From: Pygmaiobacter massiliensis
GTDB taxonomy: Bacteria; Bacillota; Clostridia; Oscillospirales; Ruminococcaceae
Direction of reading: 5' to 3'
DNA: 64,000 nt
Assembly: GCA_022778585.1 (NCBI GenBank)
Contig: JALFTI010000020.1
Span: forward strand, 27,501 to 91,500
In this document: piece by piece, positions 17,952 to 25,756 of the stretch
Layout: each line of letters opens with the position of its first letter
How positions within the stretch are numbered: the first letter of the stretch is position 1
Made by a program: the position numbers and the translations under genes
The notes under the pieces: generated by a model
Told to the model about the DNA's origin: nothing
Seen by the model: only the letters and a program-made list of their open reading frames with translations
Database searches by the model: none

Positions 17952-18659
17952 ATGATTGAATTTTGCAATGTAAAAAAGGTTTACCCGGGCGGCAATGTTG
18001 CGCTGCACGATGTAAACCTGAAGATCGAAAAAGGGGAATTTTGTTTTGTGCTGGGGCATTCCGGCGCGGGCAAATCCACCTTTTTAAAGCTGATTTTGCG
18101 GGAAGAAGCCGCCACCGAAGGGAAAATTCAGGTGGGGGATTATGACCTTTCCAAAATTAAAAATCGGGATATTCCGTTTTTGCGCCGGCAGCTTGGGGTG
18201 GTCTTTCAGGACTTCAGGCTGATCCCCACCATGACCGCCTACGACAATGTGGCGTTTGCCATGCGGGCCACCAATGTGCAGGAGCGGGAGATCCGCCGCC
18301 GGGTGCCGTATGTGCTGGGGCTAGTGGGCCTTTCGGAAAAGGCGCGCAGATACCCGCCCGAGCTTTCCGGTGGGGAACAGCAGCGGGTGGCGCTGGCCAG
18401 GGCGCTTGTGAATTCTCCGCCTATTATTATTGCGGACGAGCCCACCGGCAATATCGACCCCGAACTTTCGGTGGAAATTATGGAACTGCTGACCGCCATT
18501 AATAAAGTGGGGGTCACGGTGGTGGTGGTTACCCACGAGCATGAGCTGGCTGCTCGTTTCCACAAAAGAACCATTCTGATTGAAAAGGGCCAGGTTGTGG
18601 CCGACCAGCCGGACGGAGTGCCGGTGGTCACCCCCAGCGAAGTGGAGGTGATGAGATGA
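17952..18659 (+). CDS. ftsE: cell division ATP-binding protein FtsE
   Basis: AGGAG RBS. Walker A GHSGAGKST, signature LSGGEQQRV, Walker B IIIADEPTG. Confidence 0.95.
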   Translation: MIEFCNVKKVYPGGNVALHDVNLKIEKGEFCFVLGHSGAGKSTFLKLILREEAATEGKIQVGDYDLSKIKNRDIPFLRRQLGVVFQDFRLIPTMTAYDNVAFAMRATNVQEREIRRRVPYVLGLVGLSEKARRYPPELSGGEQQRVALARALVNSPPIIIADEPTGNIDPELSVEIMELLTAINKVGVTVVVVTHEHELAARFHKRTILIEKGQVVADQPDGVPVVTPSEVEVMR

Positions 18660-19579
18660 GCCTGTCTGGTATTCGATATTTGTCCCGCCAGGGTTTACAT
18701 AATCTGGTGCAGAACCGTTTAATGACTTTGGCTTCGGTGGGCGTGCTGACCGCCTGCCTGGTTATTACCGGCGTGGCGGCGCTGCTTTCGGCCAATGTTT
18801 CCAATTTTGTGGACTACCTGGGCGCACAGAACCGGGTGGTAGTGTATGTGGAACTGGACGCTGACGACGCCACCGCGCAGGCTGTGGGGGACGAGATCGG
18901 AAAGCTGTCCAATATTACCGAGTATGGTTATACTTCCAAAGAGGAAGCGCTGGAACAGACCAAAGGCTGGATTTCGGAATATGACAATGGCGCTTATGCC
19001 TCGGTGCTGGATGGCTACGAGGGGGAGAATAACCCGCTGTATGCCTCCTATTCGGTAACCGTGGATGATTTGAACCAGATTGCGAAGACGACTCAGGAGC
19101 TGGAAGCCATCAGCGGGGTGGATTTTGTGGATTCTCCCAGTGAGCTGGCTTCCACATTGGTGGGCATTAAGACCACGGTAAACTTGGCCGGCTGGGGCTT
19201 GGTTGCGGTTTTGGCCGTGGTGGCGGTGGTGGTTATTGTAAACACCATTCGGCTTACGGTTTTTGCGCGCCGCAAGGAAATCAATATCATGAAATTTGTC
19301 GGCGCAACCAACGGCTTTATCCGCCTGCCGTTCTGGGTAGAGGGTACAGCCATTGGCGCTATCAGCGCGGTTTTGGCGTTCGGCATCATCTCGGCGATTT
19401 ACATTTGGCTGCTGGGGCAGGTGTCGGTCAGCGGTATCAGCTGGCTGCAAAGCATTTATTTCCAAATTCTGCCCTACCGCGCGGTGTGGAAGTGGCTGCT
19501 GGGCGGTTTTGCCGCAGCAGGTATTTTGTTGGGCGGTGTGGGCAGCAGTCTCAGCATCCGCCGTTATTTAAAGGTCTGA
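18656..19579 (+). CDS. ftsX: cell division permease FtsX
   Basis: ATGA overlap with ftsE. One TM, a large extracytoplasmic loop, then three C-terminal TMs (MKFVGATNGFIRLPFWVEG motif). Confidence 0.9.
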   Translation: MSLSGIRYLSRQGLHNLVQNRLMTLASVGVLTACLVITGVAALLSANVSNFVDYLGAQNRVVVYVELDADDATAQAVGDEIGKLSNITEYGYTSKEEALEQTKGWISEYDNGAYASVLDGYEGENNPLYASYSVTVDDLNQIAKTTQELEAISGVDFVDSPSELASTLVGIKTTVNLAGWGLVAVLAVVAVVVIVNTIRLTVFARRKEINIMKFVGATNGFIRLPFWVEGTAIGAISAVLAFGIISAIYIWLLGQVSVSGISWLQSIYFQILPYRAVWKWLLGGFAAAGILLGGVGSSLSIRRYLKV

Positions 19580-19600
19580 TGGAACACAGGGAGGAACGCT

Positions 19601-20752
19601 ATGGCTAAGAAGAAATGGTATAAGCCGGCCGCGCTTTTGTTTGTGGTGCTGGCAGGAAGCGTGTTTTTCCTGCCTTCCAGCGCGCAGGCCCAGACCACAC
19701 AGCAAAAGCTGGACCAATTGCAGAGCGAGCTGAAACAGCTGAAACAAAATATTGCCAATATAGAGGACGAAGCCGAGAGAGCGCAGGCAGAAAAGGATTC
19801 GCTCCAGCAGCAAAACAGTATTATCCAAGAGCAGATTGCCACGCTGGACGGTGGTATTGATGCCGCGAAGGAGGCCCTTGCCGCCAAACAGGCAGACCTG
19901 GACCAAAAACGGCGGGATATTGAGGAGAGCGAAGATCTTTTTGAACAGCGGCTGCGGGCTATGTATGTAATGCACCAGTCGGGTGCGCTTTCTACCCTGT
20001 TGGGGGTAAACAGCTTCGAGGAGCTGCTTACCGCTTCTACCACCCTTTCCCGCATTTCCATTGCAGATACGGACCTTTTGGCCCAGCTTGCGGAACAAAA
20101 GGCAGCCATAGAGGCAGATGAAGCGTATATTGAAAAGCAAATTACCGAAATGGAAAACGATATGGCCGCCAAGGAGGAAAAACAGAGCGAACTGGCGGCA
20201 AACCTGGTTGCGGCAGACAACAGCCTGACCCAGCTTGAGGCGGAAAAACAGGTGGCAGAAGCCGATTACGCGGCCACACTTTCAGCCTACAACCAGGCAC
20301 GCGCTCAGGCCGAGACCGAAATGAACCAGTCCAGCTCTAACAGCGAGTATGTGGGCGGCGCGTTTGGCTGGCCGGTACCGGGTTATTCCGGTATTTCTTC
20401 CTATTATGGTCCCCGTACGCTGTATGGGCAGTACGACTTCCACACCGGTATTGATATTACCGGCGCCAATGTTTACGGCGCCAATATTGTAGCTTCTCAG
20501 GCCGGTGTGGTGCAAACGGTGCGCTACGGTTCCACCGGGTATGGCTACTATGTTATTTTGGACCACGGCGGTAACTACAAAACCCTGTATGGCCATATGA
20601 GCGGTATTGCGGTACAGGTCGGCCAGCAGGTTTCTCAGGGCCAGGTTATCGGGTATGTGGGTTCCACCGGTAACTCCACTGGTCCTCACCTGCATTTCGA
20701 AATCCGGGTTGCCGGCCAGCAGGTAGACCCGCTGCCGTATTTGCAGGGCTGA
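19601..20752 (+). CDS. M23 family metallopeptidase with N-terminal coiled coil (EnvC/PcsB-like murein hydrolase/activator)
   Basis: Signal/TM segment, then about 230 aa of heptad-rich Q/E/L coiled coil. The M23 domain has intact HxxxD (FHTGIDI) and HxH (GPHLHFEI). Confidence 0.9.
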   Translation: MAKKKWYKPAALLFVVLAGSVFFLPSSAQAQTTQQKLDQLQSELKQLKQNIANIEDEAERAQAEKDSLQQQNSIIQEQIATLDGGIDAAKEALAAKQADLDQKRRDIEESEDLFEQRLRAMYVMHQSGALSTLLGVNSFEELLTASTTLSRISIADTDLLAQLAEQKAAIEADEAYIEKQITEMENDMAAKEEKQSELAANLVAADNSLTQLEAEKQVAEADYAATLSAYNQARAQAETEMNQSSSNSEYVGGAFGWPVPGYSGISSYYGPRTLYGQYDFHTGIDITGANVYGANIVASQAGVVQTVRYGSTGYGYYVILDHGGNYKTLYGHMSGIAVQVGQQVSQGQVIGYVGSTGNSTGPHLHFEIRVAGQQVDPLPYLQG

Positions 20753-20883
20753 TTGGTACCATACTGATACCGGGCCGCCCAAGCGGGCGACATGAAACTG
20801 ACACATTTTTGTGATAGAAAAAAGACGACCGCGCAAAAAGGCTGCAGCCGGTACGGCCAGCCGCGCAGGAAGGAACAATGCCA

Positions 20884-22308
20884 ATGAAAAAGAAACTCTC
20901 CCTTAGTCTGGTCGTCACCATCCTGCTGGTCGCTATGACCCTGACCTTTACGGTCACCATGATGGCCGCCAGGCAGATGTTCAACAGCCAGATGGCCGAT
21001 GTGACCGAAAAAGAACAGATGTATGATAAAATTGCCGAGCTGGACAAGGTTGTGCGGAATAATTTTTACACCGATATCAATGAACAGACCCTGATGGATA
21101 TGGTGAGCACCGGTTATATTGCAGGCCTGAGTGACCGCAACAGCCGGTATTATACCGCTGCACAGTTGACTGTGCGCAAGGACGAGGACGCCGGACGCCT
21201 GATGGGGGTAGGCATTGACCTTGCCAAGGACGCAAGCGGCTATTTTAAAATTATTAAGGTTTATTCGGGCAGCCCCGCCCAAGAGGCCGGCATTGCCAAG
21301 AACAATATGCTGACCAAAATTAACGGCACCGACCTGACCGGCCAGACGGTGGACGCAGTGACCAGCATGCTGAACGGTGAAGCCGGTACCACTGTAAGCC
21401 TTACCTATTTGGTGGATTCCAACGAGGTAGCGGTGGATCTGCAGCGGCGCACCTACAACAGCCCCACGGTGGAATACCAGATGGTGGGTGCAAACGGGTA
21501 TATCAAAATTCGCACCTTTGCGGAAGGAACCCTGACCGAGCTGGACCAGGCCATTAATCAGCTGGCCGCCCAGGGGGCCCAGGCCTTGGTGTTTGATGTG
21601 CGGGATAATGCAGGGGGACTTTTGCAGTATGCGGCCGAATGTGCGGATTTAATCTGCCCGGAAGGCACATTGGCTTCGGGGGTATACCAGAACGGAACAA
21701 CCGAAGTGCTGTATACCAGCGATACCAACGAAGTGAACCTGCCCTGTGTGGTGGTGACCAATGGCTCCACCGCGGCAGGAGCCGAACTGTTTGCAGTTTC
21801 GGTGCGGGATTTTGAAAAAGGGCGTATTGTGGGCGCCAAAACGGCCGGCAAGGGCGTGGTACAGGAACTGTTTACCCTGAAGGATGGCAGCGGTGTAGAA
21901 CTGACAGTGGCCACCTTGCTGCCCGGCAAAAGTGAAAGCTTTAACGGTACCGGCATTACTCCTGACTATGAACGCATCCTGACAGCTGAAGAAGAGCTTG
22001 CGTATTACGACTTTACTACCGAAACCGATCCTCAGTTGCTGGTCGCGTTTGATACGGCCTCTACCCTGGCCCGTTCTGCCGGAACCAGTGCCCAGCAGCA
22101 GGCTGACAGCACGCCTGCCGAAGACGCAGAGGTGCAAAGTGCGGCCAACAGTGCTGTTGCAGACGCTGCCGCCGACAGTACAGCACAGACCGACAGCACG
22201 GTGCAGACCGACAGTACGGCGCAGGCTGACAGCGCACAACTGAGTACCGAAAGCGCCGCACCGGAAAGCGCGGCCAGCTCGGCAGCTGCGAGCACAGTGG
22301 AAGGGTAA
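20884..22308 (+). CDS. S41 family C-terminal processing peptidase homologue (PDZ + S41 domain), nucleophile Ser apparently replaced
   Basis: Starts MKKKLSLSLVVTILLVAM as a TM anchor (alternative ATG at 20878). Has a PDZ region. S41 core: VVVTNGSTAAGAELFAVSVRDFEKGRIVGAKTAGKGVVQ. The C-terminal tail has a TDSTxQ repeat. Confidence 0.85.
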   Translation: MKKKLSLSLVVTILLVAMTLTFTVTMMAARQMFNSQMADVTEKEQMYDKIAELDKVVRNNFYTDINEQTLMDMVSTGYIAGLSDRNSRYYTAAQLTVRKDEDAGRLMGVGIDLAKDASGYFKIIKVYSGSPAQEAGIAKNNMLTKINGTDLTGQTVDAVTSMLNGEAGTTVSLTYLVDSNEVAVDLQRRTYNSPTVEYQMVGANGYIKIRTFAEGTLTELDQAINQLAAQGAQALVFDVRDNAGGLLQYAAECADLICPEGTLASGVYQNGTTEVLYTSDTNEVNLPCVVVTNGSTAAGAELFAVSVRDFEKGRIVGAKTAGKGVVQELFTLKDGSGVELTVATLLPGKSESFNGTGITPDYERILTAEEELAYYDFTTETDPQLLVAFDTASTLARSAGTSAQQQADSTPAEDAEVQSAANSAVADAAADSTAQTDSTVQTDSTAQADSAQLSTESAAPESAASSAAASTVEG

Positions 22309-22351
22309 CAATTGGGCCATTTTGCAAAGGATTTTCTCAAAAAAATTTAAA

Positions 22352-22394
22352 AAACACCCCAGTGCTAGAGTTTGGGCACTGGGGTGTTTTTTGG
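22352..22394 (+). terminator. rho-independent terminator after the S41 gene
   Basis: AACACCCCAGTGC-tagagtttgg-GCACTGGGGTGTT followed by TTTT. Confidence 0.85.
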
Positions 22395-22572
22395 TTTTGG
22401 CGGGTTCAATTTTCACTTTTTAAGCGTATAAATAATTAAAAAACATTAAGCAATTTGAATAAATGAAAGGAATTTAGAAAAAAGCAGGTCGTTTCATGAA
22501 TATATAAATGAATATGTATTCCAAATGGCTGTTTTTGCACTTGTTTTGCCGCAAAACGGTCCAGAAAGCTGT

Positions 22573-22601
22573 TTGACGAGCCACAAACGGTTTGTTAAAA
22601 T
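22573..22601 (+). promoter_or_regulatory. sigma-70-type promoter of the 3D-domain gene
   Basis: TTGACG (22573-22578), 17-nt spacer, TAAAAT (22596-22601). It lies 250 nt upstream of the ATG. Confidence 0.6.
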
Positions 22602-22607
22602 GCAAGT

Positions 22608-22830
22608 ACTTTCGCAAAAACTGGTTTGGCGCAGCCTGTTTGTAATAAGCGCGCCGCGCCTGATTGGAGGAAAGTTTGCGGGTCCATACTATGGATAATC
22701 CGCTTTTGAAATCCATTCGGAGAAATGGTGTTTTTCCCGGCCGTGCGTACACCCCTGCGGTCGGGCGACGATTCGGCAAGACCTTTTGGGTTTTGCCGCC
22801 GGCATATACCTGGTATACTGTGCCGGTTTT
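22608..22830 (+). promoter_or_regulatory. ~220-nt structured 5' leader ending in a terminator-like hairpin (candidate riboswitch/attenuator)
   Basis: Several hairpins are visible. These include GCGG-G-TCCAT-ACT-ATGGA-TAAT-CCGC, CCATT-CGGAGA-AATGG, CCCGGCCG...CGGTCGGG and GGCAAGACC-TTTTG-GGGTTTTGCC. The last is CCGGCATATA-CCTGG-TATA(CTG)TGCCGG+TTTT at 22799-22830, directly before the RBS AAAGGAG. Confidence 0.4.
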
Positions 22831-22850
22831 CATAATAAAGGAGTGAACGA

Positions 22851-23903
22851 ATGACCAGATTCAAAGAAAAGCTTGATGTGCTGTTTCATCGCATTCCGGT
22901 GCGTGTTTGGGCGGTTAGTGTCTGCCTGGTCAGCCTGGGGCTCAGCCTGGCAGGGCTGGCGGCAGCCATCAATGTGGTAGTAGTGGCAGACTCACAAGGG
23001 CACCAGCAGTTTTTGCTTTCGCCCACCGAAGATCCCACCGAGCTGATGAACCTGGCGGGGATTACCGCACAGGAAGGGGACGATGTGTACTGCACCGTAT
23101 ATACCGGCAACCGGGTCAGCGTTATGATCCAGCGCGCTTTTGATGTAACGGTTGCGGCAGATGGAGAAAACAACACCGTTCAATTGACCGAAGGAACTGT
23201 GCAGGACGCCGTTACGGCTGCGGGAATTGAACTGGGTGAACACGATTATACCGAACCCACCCTTTCCACCGCCCTTAGCCCGGACGACACCATTACGGTG
23301 CACCGGGTACAATACCAGGATGTTGTAACCCAGCAGACCATTGAACCGCAGGTTATTTACAAGGAAACCAGTCTTCTGTGCCGCAACCGCTCCAAAAGCT
23401 ATGTGGCCCAGGAGGGCAGTGCAGGCGTGCTGGAAACCACTACCCGGCAGCGGGTGGTAGACGGCGTGGTGGAATCGGGCGAGGTGGTCAGCCAGGAGGT
23501 TACGGTTTCCGCACAGGACACTATTATTATGACCTATGGTGCGGGCGCGGCAATTTCCCAGTTGGAAGCGCCCGCCGGTATTACCGTGACCGATGGCGTG
23601 CCCAGCAGTTATTCTGCAGTGTACACCGGCCGTGCCACCGCCTATTCTGCCAGCCAGGGCAGCGGTGCTTCCGGGCTGGGCCTGTACGAAGGGACCGTTG
23701 CGGTGGACCCGGACATTATTCCCTATGGCAGTCTCTTGTATATTGTTTCCACCGATGGCCAGTTTGTGTACGGCTTTGCAGTTGCTACCGATACCGGTAC
23801 GGCTTTGCAGGATGGCAAAGCCATTGTGGACCTGTTTTATGATACCCACACCGAGGCCTATATCAGCGCGGTGCGGAATGTAAATGTATATGTGGTGGGC
23901 TGA
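22851..23903 (+). CDS. DUF348/G5/3D domain cell-wall protein (YabE/Rpf-like)
   Basis: N-terminal TM, DUF348-like repeats and a G5-like segment (QTIEPQVIYKETSLL...GSAGVLE). The C-terminal 3D domain is TGRATAYSASQGSGASGLGLYEGTVAVDPDIIPYGSLLYIVSTDGQFVYGFAVATDTG. Confidence 0.9.
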   Translation: MTRFKEKLDVLFHRIPVRVWAVSVCLVSLGLSLAGLAAAINVVVVADSQGHQQFLLSPTEDPTELMNLAGITAQEGDDVYCTVYTGNRVSVMIQRAFDVTVAADGENNTVQLTEGTVQDAVTAAGIELGEHDYTEPTLSTALSPDDTITVHRVQYQDVVTQQTIEPQVIYKETSLLCRNRSKSYVAQEGSAGVLETTTRQRVVDGVVESGEVVSQEVTVSAQDTIIMTYGAGAAISQLEAPAGITVTDGVPSSYSAVYTGRATAYSASQGSGASGLGLYEGTVAVDPDIIPYGSLLYIVSTDGQFVYGFAVATDTGTALQDGKAIVDLFYDTHTEAYISAVRNVNVYVVG

Positions 23904-24181
23904 AAAGCCTGGCAGAATGCTGTAAACAAGCATTGGCCTGAATAACCGGCAAACTCGCTCTGCCGCTTTGCCAGCGCAGCACAAAAGATGCTGGCGCAAT
24001 TCGCTTCGCTTTTGCAAGGCTTTCGCATGAAAGTGCTTGGTAATCGTGCAGGGTGCCTGCGGGCCTTTTGGGGTGCAAAGCTGTTTGGCCCGCAAATTGA
24101 AAGATAGAAAGTGTAAAAAGGGGCAAAGCAAGTCGCCAAGGTTTGCTTTGCCCCTTTGAATATTTGGTGCCATTTGTGTGC

Positions 24182-24217
24182 AAAAAAACGCGGAGCTTTT
24201 TAAGCTCCGCATTTTTG
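24182..24217. terminator. bidirectional terminator (3D gene / ppa)
   Basis: AAAAAAA-CGCGGAGCTT-TTTA-AGCTCCGC-ATTTTT. A second 12-bp hairpin, GGGGCAAAGCAA...TTGCTTTGCCCC, lies at about 24120-24157. Confidence 0.8.
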
Positions 24218-24242
24218 GGTTTTGTGCTAAAAGCGTTTGCCT

Positions 24243-24776
24243 TTAACGGCAAAACTTTTCAATGTAGGCGTCCAGGCACTTTTTAATAATTTTTTTGGCC
24301 TCAGCTGCGTTGGACACATCGTCCACTACCGTCTCTTTGCCTTCCAGGCTTTTGTAAACGGTAAAGAAGTGGCGCATCTCGCTGAAAATGTGGCCGGGCA
24401 GCTGGTCAATGTCGGTATAGGTATTGTAGGTGGGGTCGTTGAACGGAATGGCAATAATCTTCTCGTCCAGTTTTCCGCCGTCCAGCATCTTCATAACCCC
24501 AATAGGGTAGCAGCGCACCAGGCTCAGCGGATGAATGGTCTCGCTGCAGAGCACCAGCACATCCAGCGGGTCGCCGTCATCGGCATAGGTGCGGGGAATT
24601 AAGCCATAGTTTGCCGGGTAATGGGTGGAAGTATACAAAATGCGGTCCAAAATAATATGGCCGGTTTCTTTATCCAGCTCGTATTTATTTTTAGACCCCT
24701 TTTCAATCTCAATAACCGCGATAAAATCCTCCGGGCTGATGCGGGAAGGATTGATGTCATGCCAAATGTTGGTCAT
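24243..24776 (-). CDS. ppa: family I inorganic pyrophosphatase
   Basis: MTNIWHDINPSRISPEDFIAVIEIEKGSKNKYELDKETG...YPANYGLIPRTYADDGDPLDVLVL is the classic soluble PPase pattern. Length 177 aa. Confidence 0.95.
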   Translation of the reverse strand: MTNIWHDINPSRISPEDFIAVIEIEKGSKNKYELDKETGHIILDRILYTSTHYPANYGLIPRTYADDGDPLDVLVLCSETIHPLSLVRCYPIGVMKMLDGGKLDEKIIAIPFNDPTYNTYTDIDQLPGHIFSEMRHFFTVYKSLEGKETVVDDVSNAAEAKKIIKKCLDAYIEKFCR

Positions 24777-25019
24777 GGTAGCATCTCCTTTTTTTGGTAT
24801 ACAGGGCGCACAGGCGTCCGCTTAAATTTAGTATACCATTCCCCGCATTGCCAGTACAAGGCCTTTTGCCGCTCTTATTGCATTTTTAGCGAAAAAGCAG
24901 CCGGCCTGCTGCTTAAAAAATACATGCGGCAGGCCGGTGTTTTTAAAAGCTCTTTTAAAAAGCTAAATGTTCGGCAGCTTGCAATGCTGTCAAAACATAC
25001 TTTAAGGCTTTAAAGGGGG

Positions 25020-25373
25020 TTATCCCTGCGGAAATTCCTCTTTGCTGATCTGCCGGCTTTCCACAAGCTCGTCCGGCTCATCGTTTTGGGCGTTGCGCAC
25101 AAGCTGGGTATAAAATTCGCTTCCTTTTTCACTGCCGTTTTGAATGGCTTGTGCATGGGCTCTGGCGCCGGGCAGCGCATTTTGGCACACGGACTGTGGG
25201 GAAGAAGCATTTGTTGGGTCTGCCGACGCAGGCTTTCGCTTGGGTAGCGGGGTTGGGGCTGCATTGGCGGGCTTGATACCATGCTGGTTATACAAAAAGC
25301 TGGAAAGATTGGATTGGTTATCGTTGAATGCAGGACGCTGGGGATTGAACGCATCCCATTGGCACTGTTTCAT
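25020..25373 (-). CDS. hypothetical protein (117 aa, low-complexity, likely disordered)
   Basis: ATG 25373 follows GGCGGAGGTG. Starts MKQCQWDAFNPQRPAFNDNQSN... No family recognised. A hairpin at about 24893-24946 lies downstream. Confidence 0.45.
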   Translation of the reverse strand: MKQCQWDAFNPQRPAFNDNQSNLSSFLYNQHGIKPANAAPTPLPKRKPASADPTNASSPQSVCQNALPGARAHAQAIQNGSEKGSEFYTQLVRNAQNDEPDELVESRQISKEEFPQG

Positions 25374-25756
25374 AAAAACACCTCCGCCATTATCCTTTCC
25401 CAAGAAGCAATATTTATCCCCAACCGGCGTTCGGTGTGACACCTTTGGGCCAATAGGTGCTAAAAAAGTAAAAAAAATAGGCCAAAACTGCAAAAAAAGC
25501 ATGGTAAATTTTTAACAAATAAAAAACATTGGTCCCATACCGGTATGTTTCAAACAGCAAAACCAAAGGAAAACTTTTGAAAAGGAACAAAAAAACGCGT
25601 TTTTACCCTGTAAAGTAATGTTGCATTAAATGTTTGCCTTTCGGTGCACAACCGGTAAGGTTTGTGGTATACTGAAACTGCCAAAGGCCAGCGGCAGCTT
25701 CAGCTGGCCGATTCATTGACAAAACCAGATCACAGGTTGGAAAGGTGAGTATTCTT

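Noticed and set aside
17828-17959. 44-codon GTG-initiated ORF (VAPATGRLRGVKAKPSGPGPGG...) in the ftsE leader as a leader peptide
   Set aside because: It runs through the terminator hairpin and overlaps the ftsE start out of frame. The composition is dictated by the GC-rich stem, and there is no independent support.
22608-22830. c-di-AMP (ydaO) riboswitch upstream of the 3D-domain gene
   Set aside because: The context fits, but I could not find the conserved ydaO sequence blocks (ACGGGG, CCCGAAxCCGxCAGCUAACC). It is retained only as an unclassified structured leader.
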